Shown in pieces: positions 1 through 15,658 of a stretch of DNA of 64,000 bases (positions within the stretch are counted from its first letter, which is position 1; every line of letters starts with the position of its first letter). A model generated the notes under the pieces. The model made no database searches and was not told where the DNA came from. It saw only the letters and a list, made by a program, of their open reading frames with translations. This DNA comes from Neoechinorhynchus agilis (taxonomy: Eukaryota > Animalia > Acanthocephala). Both the position numbers and the translations under genes were made by a program. The stretch covers positions 4,153,489 through 4,217,488 of the forward strand of contig CM121342.1 of assembly GCA_051530055.1 (NCBI GenBank). Direction: 5' to 3'.

Positions 1-3000
1 ACGGTTTTCTTCGTTATTTTACGTCTTTTTTGAAAACGTCCAAGAATTTCCATTTTTTATTCAAATAAAAATCGTTCCATTACAAGGGGGGTAAAAATTT
101 GTTTTAAAATCTTCGGCGTCAAAGGAGATTTTTCCCCGGTTTTCTTTGTTATAATTCGATTCGTGGTCGTGATTTTACGTCTTTTTTGAAAACGTCCAGG
201 AATTTCCATTTTTTATTCAAATAAAAATCGTTCTATTACAAGGGGGGGAAAAATTTGATTTAAAATCTCCAGCGTCAAACTCTATTTTTCCCCGGTTTTC
301 TTCGTTATTTTACGTCTTTTTTGAAAACGTCCAGGAATTTCCATTTTTTATTCAAACTAAAATCGTTCCATTACAAGGGGGTAAAAATTTGTTTTAAAAT
401 CTTCGGCGTCAAAGGAGATTTTTCCACGGTTTTCTTCGTTATTTTACGTCTTTTTTGAAAACGTCCAGGAATTTCCATTTTTTATTAAAATAAAAATCGT
501 TCTATTACAAGGGGGTAAAAATTTGTTTTAAAATCTCCGGCGTCAAAGAAGATTTTTCCCCGGTTTTCCTTGTTATTTTACGTCTTTTTTGAAAACTCCA
601 AGAATTTCCATTTTTATTCAAATAAAATCGTTCTATTACAAGGGGGGTAAAAATTTGTTTTAAAATCTTCGGCGTCAAACTCTATTTTCCCCGGTTTTCT
701 TTGTTATAATTCGATTCGAGCTCACGATTTTACGCCTCATTTTTTGAAAACGTCCAGGAATTTCCATTTTTTATTCAAATAAAAATCGTTCTATTACAAG
801 GGGGGTAAAAATTTGTTTTAAAATCTCCAGCGTCAAACTCCATTTTTCCCCGGTTTTCCTTGTTATTTTACGTCTTTTTTGAAAACGTCCAAGAATTTCC
901 ATTTTTTATTCAAATAAAAATCGTTCTATTACAAGGGGGTAAAAATTTGTTTTAAAATCTCCGGCGTCAAACTCTATTTTTCCCCGGTTTTCTTCGTTAT
1001 TTTACGTCTTTTTTGAAAACGTCCAGGAATTTCCATTTTTTATTCAAATAAAAATCGTTCTATTACAAGGGGGTAAAAATTTGTTTTAAAATCTCCGGCG
1101 TCAAAGGAGATTTTTCCCCGGTTTTCCTTCTTATTTTACGTCTTTTTTGAAAACGTCCAAGAATTTCCATTTTTTATTCAAATAAAAATCGTTCCATTAC
1201 AAGGGGGGTAAAAATTTGTTTTAAAATCTTCGGCGTCAAAAATTTTCCCGGTTCATACCAAAACCAAACCAAAAAAAAAATCGTTCATTACAAGGGGGTA
1301 AAAATTTGTTTTAAAATCTTCGGCGTCAAACTCTATTTTCCCCGGTTTTCTTTGTTATAATTCGATTCGAGCTCACGATTTTACGCCTCATTTTTTGAAA
1401 ACGTCCAGGAATTTCCATTTTTTATTCAAATAAAAATCGTTCCATTACAAGGGGGGAAAAATTTGATTTAAAATCTCCAGCGTCAAACTCTATTTTTCCC
1501 CGGTTTTCTTCGTTATTTTACGTCTTTTTTGAAAACGTCCAAGAATTTCCATTTTTATTCAAATAAAAATCGTTCATTACAAGGGGGTAAAAATTTGTTT
1601 TAAAACCCCAAAACCCCTTTTATTTTACGTCTTTTGAAAACGTCCAAGAATTTCCATTTTTTATTCAAATAAAAATCGTTCCATTACAAGGGGGTAAAAA
1701 TTTGTTTTAAAATCTTCGGCGTCAAACCATTTTTCCCCGGTTTTCTTTGTTATTTTACGTCTTTTTGAAAACGTCCAAGAATTTCCATTTTTTATTCAAA
1801 TAAAAATCGTTCCATTACAAGGGGGGTAAAAATTTGTTTTAAAATCTCCGGCGTCAAAGGAGATTTTTCCACGGTTTTCTTCGTTATTTTACGTCTTTTT
1901 TGAAAACGTCCAAGAATTTCCATTTTTTATTCAAATAAAAATCGTTCCATTACAAGGGGGGTAAAAATTTGTTTTAAAATCTCCGGCGTCAAAGGAGATT
2001 TTCCCCGGTTTTCTTTGTTATAATTCGATTCGTGGTCGTGATTTTACGTCTTTTTTGAAAACGTCCAGGAATTTCCATTTTTTATTCAAATAAAAATCGT
2101 TCTATTACAAGGGGGGGAAAAATTTGATTTAAAATCTCCAGCGTCAAACTCTATTTTTCCCCGGTTTTCTTCGTTATTTTACGTCTTTTTTGAAAACGTC
2201 CAGGAATTTCCATTTTTTATTCAAATAAAAATCGTTCCATTACAAGGGGGTAAAAATTTGTTTTAAAATCTTCGGCGTCAAAGGAGATTTTTCCACGGTT
2301 TTCTTCGTTATTTTACGTCTTTTTTGAAAACGTCCAGGAATTTCCATTTTTTATTCAAATAAAAATCGTTCTATTACAAGGGGGTAAAAATTTGTTTTAA
2401 AATCTCCGGCGTCAAAGAAGATTTTTCCCCGGTTTTCCTTGTTATTTTACGTCTTTTTTGAAAACATCCAAGAATTTCCATTTTTAATTCAAATAAAATC
2501 GTTCTATTACAAGGGGGGTAAAAATTTGTTTTAAAATCTTCGGCGTCAAACTCTATTTTCCCCGGTTTTCTTTGTTATAATTCGATTCGAGCTCACGATT
2601 TTACGTCTTTTTTGAAAACGTCCAGGAATTTCCATTTTTTATTCAAATAAAAATCGTTCTATTACAAGGGGGGTAAAAATTTGTTTTATCTCCAGCGTCA
2701 AACTCCATTTTTCCCCGGTTTTCCTTGTTATTTTACGTCTTTTTTGAAAACGTCCAAGAATTTCCATTTTTTATTCAAATAAAAATCGTTCTATTACAAG
2801 GGGGTAAAAATTTGTTTTAAAATCTCCGGCGTCAAAGGAGATTTTTCCCCGGTTTTCCTTCTTATTTTACGTCTTTTTTGAAAACGTCCAAGAATTTCCA
2901 TTTTTTATTCAAATAAAAATCGTTCCATTACAAGGGGGGTAAAAATTTGTTTTAAAATCTTCGGCGTCAAACTCTATTTTCCCCGGTTTTCTTTGTTATA

Positions 3001-3215
3001 ATTCGATTCGTGGTCGTGATTTTACGTCTTTTTTGAAAACGTCCAGGAATTTCCATTTTTTATTCAAATAAAAATCGTTCTATTACCAGGGGGGTAAAAA
3101 TTTGTTTTAAAATCTTCGGCGTCAAACTCTATTTTCCCCGGTTTTCTTTGTTATAATTCGATTCGAGCTCACGATTTTACGCCTCATTTTTTGAAAACAT
3201 CCAAGAATTTCCATT
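1..3215. repeat. Tandem satellite, ~119-bp unit with a ~140-bp variant (extra ataattcgattcg... segment); runs off the window start
   Basis: Recurring gaaaacgtcc(a/g)agaatttccattttttattcaaataaaaatcgtt core; the block starting at 1 recurs at ~1871, suggesting higher-order structure. Confidence 0.95.
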
Positions 3216-3470
3216 TTTAACCACCCAGATTTCATTCGTTAACGATTCTGTTATTTTAGGAGTGTGAATGTTATGATTTTATTTCATTGTTTCTGACGGA
3301 AAAAATAAAGGAGTTTATTAAAAAAACAAACTTCTTTTTTAATTGTTAACTTACTGGAGAAATTCATGATCTCGGAATGTTTCTCCAAACCTGGAACGTT
3401 ATTTTTTCACAAGATTGTTCTTTTTCGCTCTTTCAAACTATGACTCATAAATGTGAGACATGCACGTTAG

Positions 3471-6212
<2,742 letters not shown>

Positions 6213-6329
6213 ATTCTTGTTAGTCTTATAAAGCGATGGCATCAGGTTTGTATGATCGAGAGAGCTTGATCAATTGAACTACCATTTTTAGATTTTTTTT
6301 ATAAGTTTTACTGGCAAGCCGGTGTTGTT

Positions 6330-7940
6330 ATCATCATTCAATTTTAGTCTCCGGCTTATTTTTTAGGCATAAAGCCAAACCAATTAAATCAGAGAAGTGA
6401 TATAACCACATTGTCTCCAATGCACGGTTAAGAGTTTGTAAGAATCCCTCCGGATCCTCAGATACCTCCCGAGGAGGCGGGACTCATCAGTGAGTTTCCT
6501 CCTCCCTTCAACGGGGTATTGTCCCCTTTGGCTGTGCGTCATTGGTGGTAAAGGATTTTGACTAAAATTGAATGATGATACCATTTTAGAGCTATATTTT
6601 CTCACTATTTTGGTTCTGTCTCTCTTTTTTCGTTCCTTAAAATCATCATTCAATTTTAGTCAATCCCTTCAGTTGTCCGGCTTATTTATTTTGGCATAAA
6701 GCCAAACCAATTAAACAGAGAAGTGATATAACCACATTGTCTCCAATGCACGGTTAAGAGTTTGTAAGAATCCCTCCGGATCCTCAGATACCTCCCGGGG
6801 AGGCGGGACTCATCAGTGAGTTTCCTCCTCCCTTCAACGGGGTATTTCGTCCCCTTTGGCTGTGCGTCATTGGTGGTAAAGGATTTTGACTAAAATTGAA
6901 TGATGATATCATTTTAGAGCTATATTTTCTCACTATTTTGGTTCTGTCTCTCTTTTTTCGTTCCTTAAAATCATCATTCAATTTTAGTCAATCCCTTCAG
7001 TTGTCCGGCTTATTTATTTTGGCATAAAGCCAAACCAATTAAATCAGAGAAGTGATATAACCACATTGTCTCCAATGCACGGTTAAGAGTTTGTAAGAAT
7101 CCCTCCGGATCCTCAGATACCTCCCGAGGAGGCGGGACTCATCAGTGAGTTTCCTCCTCCCTTCAACGGGGTATTTCGTCCCCTTTGGCTGTGCGTCATT
7201 GGTGGTAAAGGATTTTGACTAAAATTGAATGATGATATCATTTTAGAGCTATATTTTCTCACTATTTTGGTTCTGTCTCTCTTTTTTCGTTCCTTAAAAT
7301 CATCATTCAATTTTGTCAATCCCTTCAGTTGTCCGGCTTATTTATTTAGGCATAAAGCCAAACCAATTAAATCAGAGAAGTGATATAACCACATTGTCTC
7401 CAATGCACGGTTAAGAGTTTGTAAGAATCCCTCCGGATCCTCAGATACCTCCCGAGGAGGCGGGACTCATCAGTGAGTTTCCTCCCCCTTCAACGGGGTA
7501 TTTCGTCCCCTTTGGCTGTGCGTCATTGGTGGTAAAGGATTTTGACTAAAATTGAATGATGATATCATTTTAGAGCTATATTTTCTCACTATTTTGGTTC
7601 TGTCTCTCTTTTTTCGTTCCTTAAAATCATCATTCAATTTTAGTCAATCCCTTCAGTTGTCCGGCTTATTTATTTTGGCATAAAGCCAAACCAATTAAAT
7701 CAGAGAAGTGATATAACCACATTGTCTCCAATGCACGGTTAAGAGTTTGTAAGAATCCCTCCGGATCCTCAGATACCTCCCGAGGAGGCGGGACTCATCA
7801 GTGAGTTTCCTCCTCCCTTCAACGGGGTATTTCGTCCCCTTTGGCTGTGCGTCATTGGTGGTAAAGGATTTTGACTAAAATTGAATGATGATATCATTTT
7901 AGAGCTATATTTTCTCACTATTTTGGTTCTGTCTCTCTTC
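6330..7940 (-). repeat. Tandem array of a ~328-bp ribozyme-bearing monomer, ~4.9 copies
   Basis: TCATCAG (reverse complement of CTGATGA) at 6484, 6810, 7139, 7467, 7795; spacings 326-329 bp; homologous to the elements at 38.7-39.25 kb. Confidence 0.95.
6455..7839 (-). ncRNA. Five permuted hammerhead ribozyme cores, one per monomer; copy 1 has a defective GAAA
   Basis: Minus strand reads GGGAC-GAAA-UACC ... CUCA-CUGAUGA-GUCCC ... GGUA-UC-UGAG, giving stems II (GUCCC/GGGAC), III (UACC/GGUA) and I (CUCA/UGAG). Copy 1 reads GGGAC-AA-UACC. Confidence 0.8.
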
Positions 7941-9089
7941 GTTCCCCACATTCTGATTGTTATGAAAACATTATGCCCGAAAAGCTCATCATATTTCATT
8001 TGTTATACGAGGAAAGTATATTACTCGTTCGTTTGCGTTTAAGACTAGAGTCGTGCTTGTTTAATGTGGTGAATACGTCGTTTATGGTCTCGTGAACACG
8101 AATAAAACCACCGGGATATCATTTTAAAAAAATAGAGATTCCAGATTTATTATCGAACGAAAAATGGGTGTTTTATTGCTTCAAATTTTCGACGCCTTGC
8201 GTCTTCGCCAGGAATCTTTCCTTCGGTTATCTGAAAACGACGCTGTCCGTCAGCTCATCCCTCTTATTGAGCATCCCCTCTGAATCGTTGTGTCGGTCCC
8301 TAATAAATCTGGAATAAAATATGAGGGTGTTGGGAAAAGTAGCTTTCCATAATATTAAAAATAGAGAGCAAAAACGCGTTTCTGGGAATCATTTCTGTTC
8401 GCTTTCGTCAATTCCGCCGTCACTACCACTACTCCCATGCTTTTTTTCCGAGAGATAAATTGCTGCCGTCTAGGCAAAACAATCGGCTTTATTGATTTCT
8501 TCGAATAAAAAAACCTCGAGCTCAAACTTATCAGTGTTGGTTGTCAACCGATTTATCTAACATGTCACTGTCACCAAGGTCGGAGCTGAACCACAAAAAG
8601 AGTTTCTGCTATGGAAGGGCATCGCTATATTCTAAATCCAGGATCGACGTTCATCCGAAAACTAACGTTTCTTACCATCTATATCTAAAAATAGGTATCC
8701 GCTCCGAGGTTTTTTTGAACTAAAAAGTATCGTAATCCTTCTTTCCCCCTCTCACCGAATAATAAATATTTCAAATGAATCAAATACGTTTTATAAATAC
8801 CACAGTCCTCTCTTTTGATGAATAATTTATATGGCTCAGAGAAAATAGTTTATGTTCGTCTCGTATTGTTCACTAAGAAATGGGTACAATCTTAATCCCC
8901 TAGCCGATTAATTTGAAAATAGAATTATATATTGATTTTTACTGATAAATCTTAGGTACGAGAGTTTCTTGTTTCGCATTTAGTTTTTTTCTATTCATAC
9001 CTATAAAAATGTATTTTTTAAATTGTGGTCACCATAATCCTTTGGATAAATGATTTTTTAAGTCGTAAAGAAGTTGTTCATGCCGAATG

Positions 9090-9192
9090 AAATCACTTAA
9101 ATACTGAATCATACGGTTACGAATTTTGTACATTTCTCCGGATTCTCAAATCCCCCCCCCCAAGGAAGCGGGATTCATCGTTGAGTTTTTTC
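9090..9192 (-). mobile_element. Decayed copy of the hammerhead-bearing element
   Basis: Reverse complement ctcaacgatgaatccc...ggatttgagaatccggagaaatgtacaaaattcgtaaccgtatgattcag aligns by eye to 38776-38860; core CUGAUGA is mutated to ACGAUGA. Confidence 0.7.
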
Positions 9193-9996
9193 AACCCTAA
9201 AAGGAATCGGATAGTCATAGTGAAAAAGTGATCACCATAATTCCTCCAAAATATCGGTGTCCCAAATAAACATTTGTTTTCAAACATTTAATTTACTTAA
9301 ATAAGGACAATCGAAAGGCGAATATGCGGTTGAGAAGTCAATCGACAGTTGAAATCACAAATTTGTTTCCAAACCCCTTAATTTGGTTGGGAAATCAGTC
9401 GACAATCCACTAACTGATCTCGGAGAATTTTCTCTTCGCAAATGTGGTTATTTAAAAGCTTCCGTGCGTAAATTTGAATGTCTCCTGGCTTTAATAACGA
9501 GTACTTTAAAACTGTTTATGGCTTTTGGTTAGATCCAATATTTTGGCATGCGCTTTATTCGACAACCATTTGTGATAAAGGCGTATTGATTATTACGATT
9601 TTATTGGATATTTCTATCCACTATCTCGGATATTCTTCAGCGATTATTTGCAAGTTTTTTCAACTGTGAATGCGAACTTGCAAACAATCGGTGAAGAAGA
9701 TCCGAGATAGTGGATGGAAATATCCAATAAAATCGTAATAATGAATTATCTTTTCAACAATTTTATTATCGTTCCGGATTCGTCAAAGGAGGATCCAAAA
9801 GTTCATGGTCCCGCTAATCACAAATAAAACGTGTTATTATTTTATTGATTTATTGTAAATTTTATCGACCGCATGCGGTTCTCTTCATTGTTAGCGGATT
9901 TAGCACTCGCAAAACATCAATTAAGAATCTTTTACATCACCAAATCTCCTAAACGTCTTTTTGAATCCGTCAAAGCTTTCGCTCTCTCCTTTATAG

Positions 9997-10302
9997 ATGG
10001 CATCGTCTTCATGTATACGAAGAGCCAGTCTGTTTGCAGTTCGAAGAATATCCGTACGTAACCGTAGACGGACATTACTTCCATCAACGACATTGAGTAG
10101 AGAAGCTTCGACGACCTTTGAAGAACGTCATGTTCAAAATGCTATACGAAGACGCCAAGCACATTTACAGAAAATCGCCGACATGAAGGGAAAACCATTC
10201 TGGCAAGCTAACAAACCTACAGCTATATTGTTCTATAGCGCAATGGCTGCTGTGACAGCCGAAGTATTCTATGCTATTTATCTCGTATACCAAAACATTT
10301 AA
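9997..10302 (+). CDS. Small mitochondrial membrane protein, COX7A-like
   Basis: 101 aa with an Arg/Ser-rich presequence-like N-terminus and one C-terminal TM helix; ILFYSAMAAVTAEVFYAIY resembles COX7A LLYRATMILTVGGTAYAIY. Confidence 0.45.
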   Translation: MASSSCIRRASLFAVRRISVRNRRRTLLPSTTLSREASTTFEERHVQNAIRRRQAHLQKIADMKGKPFWQANKPTAILFYSAMAAVTAEVFYAIYLVYQNI

Positions 10303-10599
10303 AATTTATCTTCATTTTTTTTGGTGGTGATGATGATTGAATGGATTTTATTGAGGGTTTTTGCAAAAAAAAGGCTCAGGTATTCCTTTTTTTGCAAGTT
10401 GGCGTTTGGAAGCAAGCTTGATTAATTAGATGAATCTCCCATAAATACGATTGCATCAAAGATCGCTAAGAACAATTCACGATTGATTTGTCCATAAGTA
10501 GGTTTTCCTATTATTTTTCGTCAGTTTCATCATTAGTCAATAAAAGTTCTTAGGCGTCTTCACGGCTGATCATTTTCCTTTTGGTGTTTGTACATTCCT

Positions 10600-11145
10600 C
10601 CAAATCCTCAGGAATTTACAAACTCAGCCATTTTTTTGATTTTAGTCCCAAGCCATTGAATTTTTGAAGACTGACCAGCTGATAACTTATTAAGTATCAA
10701 TATGTGGCCTTCTCAGTTACGGGCCAACTGGTTCGAATCCGTTACCGCCGATGACCCATAACAAAAGGGGACGATTTTGGAATACCGGATGATTCATCGA
10801 TATTAATTGATTTTATTCGCTTCCCTGAACCAGATCGGTGAGTTGTGTACCCAAAGGAAAACTATCAGCCGTGTGATATTCGAATACCGGATGATTCATC
10901 GATATTAATTGATTTTATTCGCTTCCCTGAACCAGATCGGTGAGTTGTGTACCCAAAGGAAAACTATCAGCCGTGTGATATTCGAATACCGGATGATTCA
11001 TCGATATTAATTGATTTTATTCGCTTCCCTGAACCAGATCGGTGAGTTGTGTACCCAAAGGAAAACTATCAGCCGTGTGTGATAAAAGGTCATCACACAT
11101 TGATACTTAATAAAAGCTAATGGCTGACCAGTCTTCAAATTTTTT
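10600..11145 (+). mobile_element. Core-less relative of the hammerhead element: inverted tail, B-box head, 3 x ~102-bp internal repeat, tail
   Basis: GGTTCGAATCC at 10730-10740 followed by gttaccgccgatgacccataacaaaaggggacga (as at 38708-38752); the tail cattgatacttaataaaagctaatggctgaccagtcttcaaa matches ~38947-38990; an inverted tail copy lies at ~10600-10710. Confidence 0.75.
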
Positions 11146-11368
11146 TTACCAAATGAACACTTTTAAATAACACTTGTAATCATCTCGTATATCGACATTT
11201 TGATAGGTTTTTTTTAAAAAAAATAATAAAACTGATCATGGAAGGTAGAAAGTTTTTAATCGAATACCGTTTTTTTTGCACCGACAAAAAAAGAAATCGG
11301 AATACGTTTCTAAGACAAAACTCGTCATACTAATCGCTTGTTTTACACAATCGCAAACTCACATACAC

Positions 11369-13696
11369 TCACGCGATTCTTTTTGTTACACTTCGGAGGT
11401 GCCTGATAGCGGCCGGATTAGCATATCCGATGGATTGTTTTTCGGCGAACGTCTCAAAGACTCTATCATTATACTTATCGAAAGCTTGCCGTTCATTGGC
11501 TGAAAGTAAATTTTGGTCGATCATTCGACTATCAATAGGAACAAGAGTCAAAGGCACCAACACCATCAATCTCCTCTCCTTCTTTCCAATGACATCCTCT
11601 TCACCTTCTTCAATCACAGCATACGACCGATTTAGTTTATCGCTGACTGGATTAAATCCAGAAAGTTCGCTTGTTCGTCGTCGACGAGCCAATAATCCGC
11701 TTGAATCACAACGGTCATCACCGTCACTCGATTCATGTCCACAAGACTCCAAGGACTCGTCTTCGTCCATATCGTCTGAGTTTTCTTTAGTACTCACAAC
11801 CCTACTCAATTCCTTTGCGATCAAATGAGTCACAAATGAACACTTGTGGTTATAGATGCCACTATCTAAAACTATGATTGTATTGTGTCTCACGAACCAA
11901 CCGGTATTCAATGGACGAAATCGGCACGGACTCAGATGACCAAACTCGTAACCAATGATCGAAGGCGCCATTTCCCCGCGCTGCCAATAGGGCAAACGAG
12001 CTATAGTGTCTAATCGATGCGCTGGGCAATTCAGCGGGAATCGAGTGGTTAAAAGATGAAGAAAACTCTTGACGTGGAATGTGTACTCTTTCCGATTGAG
12101 CTCTGGGAATTGATTTTGACCGGACGTTGTCGATTTTAAAACTGTACGTGCAATGTGAGATGCTCCTAAAGGATCTACACTAAAACATCTTATCATAGTG
12201 ACTCGTAATCATATTGGTTTTGTTCAACAACAAAAAATGCATTACGAATCACTATATCGGAAAGCTCGTTGGTCCCGAAGTGCGTTTTGATATCCACCAG
12301 GTAAAATGAGATGTCCACATTTAAAAGTCTCCATCTTTTCATTAAGTGTTCGGAGCTCCTCCTGTAAAGCGATTTCCTGCGTTGTAGCAAGCTTCAGAGC
12401 ACTTCTTGTCAGTCGACATCGTGAATTTGTGTTGGAACGGACCAGTTCACCAATAAGGGAGCAAAAGGCCATCGAATGTTGAACGTGAAAATCCCGAAGT
12501 TTATCAACGTCTTCATCGGATCGTGTGTTCATCGCTAATCGAACGCACGAATACTTGAATACGTGCACTTTGGCTGAAGTTGAAACGGCGACGTGGACGG
12601 CATGAGATACCAGTTTAGTGATTGCTACGGAACTCTTGAGTTCTTCAGCGCAAACCCAGAATTCCTCATAATCGGAAATTCGCATTCCAGCTGCTTTGAT
12701 TACTTCGATCGTCTGTTGATCCATACATCGGTCATAGTCGTCAATGAAGAGTCTTGCACCGTACGGAGGACCAATAATCACGAATGCTTTTGCCAAAACA
12801 GGAATTCGGTTGTTGTTAAAATGCAAATAGAATCCGAAAAGCCAAGTTATCTCGTCAAGATCAGTAATAACGGACCAATCAGTCATTTCCGGCAGACGTT
12901 GACGTGCTCGCATAACAACACAAAGTTGATTCTTTAGCTGCTCCATTCCATATGAGCTGAAAATCTTTGTAGATCGCGATGGTCTCACAATAATCTCGAG
13001 TTCCCGACTAAATGGACTGTCAGAAATGTTAAAGTTTCGTCCATCAAATCCAATCATTGGAAGATTGACGTTACGAATTACAAACGGGCCTTGATATTTG
13101 CACGCCTCAGTGATTCGGTTGAATGTGGCTTCAGTGATAGCTCGGCCATCTACGGCTACTTCATAGATTGGACTAAGGCGATTATCTTGCTTGATCCAAT
13201 CAAAGACACATCCCCAATCGTCCTGCCAATCGTGTAAAACAACCGACCTTAACGATGGAGCTGCCACTGCTACAGTTTCGTTGTCTGCAATTGCTTTTCT
13301 TACAAGAGCATTAGCCATATTTATTAACGATGTATCGTGGCGGGAAGTTCGCCGTTTGATCCACCAAGCCGATGCTGCCGGTGTTAGGACAAGAACAACC
13401 CCGTTTTGTGGAGGCCGGACGCTGGTCAACTCGTGCTCCATTTCGTTAAATAGAACTATGAATGCCGCGAATCTGTGTCGATTTTGACCTACTGCCTGTA
13501 AAATCGGGGAAGCAAGCTCGACTTTCACGGTACTTCTACTCTTTGATTTTCGTGGTTTTTGGACTTTGGGACGGAAAAGCACCTTTCGGTACTCAGCTTC
13601 AATCGCCAAACATTGATCCGTTAGCTTTGTACTCGCCATTGTGGACGTCCGGATTGATTGAGGAGATGAAAGACGAGACGGGTAGTATCGATGCAT
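11369..13696 (-). CDS. Divergent Xaa-Pro aminopeptidase (XPNPEP1/M24B)-like protein, probably catalytically inactive; one GT-AG intron ~12245-12180
   Basis: ITDLDEITWLF, RLDTIARLPYW, LTLVPIDSRMID and the C-terminal HLRSVTKRI match aminopeptidase P segments; intron GTAATG...TTTTAG joins the 484-aa and 275-aa ORFs in frame. Confidence 0.7.
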
Positions 13697-13989
13697 CTTA
13701 AATTCGCAATCGGAAAATGAACGGTATCCGATCCGCCTTGCATCGCAACGTGTGACCTAGAACAAACACAAACGAACACACAAAACTTTATAGCACATTT
13801 CGTAATGTTTCGATCACGATATTTAAGAACTTAAAGGAAAAATTGATTGTAGATATAACACCGGTATCAAAAATGGTTGGTACTAATCGAAAAACCAAGG
13901 CAGTGGGACGTTTCGTTCTATCTACTGGTCAGAGAAAATTATTGGAAAATTTACTTTAACCTGATCCAGAGAAACTTTGTTTGTTAAAA

Positions 13990-15280
13990 TAGGGTTTTTG
14001 GCAATGAAAATAATCCCAAAATGGAAAATATTCGATCGTGAGGAGAAACTTTGTTTGTTAAAATAGGGTTTTTGGCAATGAAAATAATCCCAAAATGGAA
14101 AATATTCGATCGTGAGGAGAAACTTTGTTTGTTAAAATAGGGTTTTTGGTGATCAAAATAATCCTAAAATGGAAAATGCTCGATCGTGAGGAGAAACTTT
14201 GTTTGTTAAAATAGGGTTTTGGCGATCAAAATAATCCCAAAATGGAAAATATTAATCACAAAGAAAAAATCCTTCTGGATCATTGGGTTTTGGCAATGAA
14301 AATAATCCCAAAATGGAAAATATTAATCACAAAGAAAAAATCCTTCTGGATCATTGGGTTTTGGCAATGAAAATAATCCCAAAATGGAAAATATTATCCA
14401 AGAAACTTTTGGTTTTGGATAAAATAATCCAAAATAAAAATCAGAGAAATTTAATGGGTTTTGGCATAAAATAATCCCAAAATGGAAAATATTAATCACA
14501 AAGAAAAAATCCTTCTGGATCATTGCAAAAAAAACCAAAAAAAAAACTAAAATAGGGTTTGGATAAAAAACCAAAAAAAAACAAAAAAAAAACAAAAAAA
14601 CCCAAAAAAAAAAACAAAAAAACACACAAAAAAAACCCAAAAAAAAAACAAAAACAACAAAAAAAACCAAAAAAAAAAAAAAATATCCCAAAATGGAAAA
14701 TATATCAGAAAATTTAATGGGTTTTGGTGAAAATAATCCCAAAATGGAAAATATTAATCACAAAGAGAAAATCCTTGGATCATTGGGTTTTGGCAATGAA
14801 AATAATCCCAAAATGGAAAATATTAATCACAAAGAAAAATCCTTGGGATCATTGGGTTTTGGCAATGAAAATAATCCCAAAATGGAAAATATTAATCACA
14901 AAGAGAAAATCCTTCTGGATCATTGGGTTTTGGCAATGAAAATAATCCCAAAATGGAAAATATTAATCACAAAGAGAAAATCCTTCTGGATCATTGGGTT
15001 TTGGCAATGAAAATAATCCCAAAATGGAAAATATTAATCACAAAGAAAAAATCCTTCTGGATCATTGGGTTTTGGCAATGAAAATAATCCCAAAATGGAA
15101 AATATTAATCACAAAGAAAAAATCCTTCTGGATCATTGGGTTTTGGCAATGAAAATAATCCCAAAATGGAAAATATTAATCACAAAGAGAAAATCCTTAG
15201 GGATCATTGGGTTTTGGCAATGAAAATAATCCCAAAATGGAAAATATTAATCACAAAGAGAAAATCCTTGGGGATCATTC
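13990..15280. repeat. Tandem repeat, ~70-75-bp unit, two subtypes, with a low-quality patch at ~14525-14690
   Basis: gggttttggcaatgaaaataatcccaaaatggaaaatatt recurs about every 70-75 bp. Confidence 0.93.
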
Positions 15281-15658
15281 GAATTTGGTTAAGACATAAT
15301 TTAGTGGGATATTTCGAGAGAAAGAGGAAGCCCTCCTCGTCAGTCATTGTTTTGCAAGTTATTCGAAACTTTATCTTTCTAAATATCTCAATATCCGGGT
15401 TAAATGATCACCATAATTTTTTTGGCTTCCTTTAAAGTTTGTATCTTCAATTTGTAGAAAATGGTTGCTTCACGAGAGAGAGATATCAAAATTTTAGGCG
15501 AAGAATGCGCTGAATGTTAATTGGTTAAAGAATTTAAGCGTGCTCGCGAATGCTATTTTCTAATGAAAGAAAGACTACCTAAAATTATATCATTTTCATT
15601 TTATTTACCTTAATATTTTCTGAGCAAGATTCCGTTGAAGAAGGCGTTGGACCAGGAA

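Noticed and set aside
6384-7999. Reading the ribozyme as an ordinary type I hammerhead across adjacent monomers (C1-A2-B2)
   Set aside because: It would need loops of hundreds of nucleotides and ignores the covarying helix around strand C; the compact A-C-B unit is also intact in the 38.7-kb and 39.1-kb copies, which have different flanks.
14525-14690. A/C-only stretch resembling a novel low-complexity or telomeric repeat (similar patches at ~1240-1290 and ~1600-1620)
   Set aside because: Aperiodic and replaces expected satellite units; typical of consensus failure.
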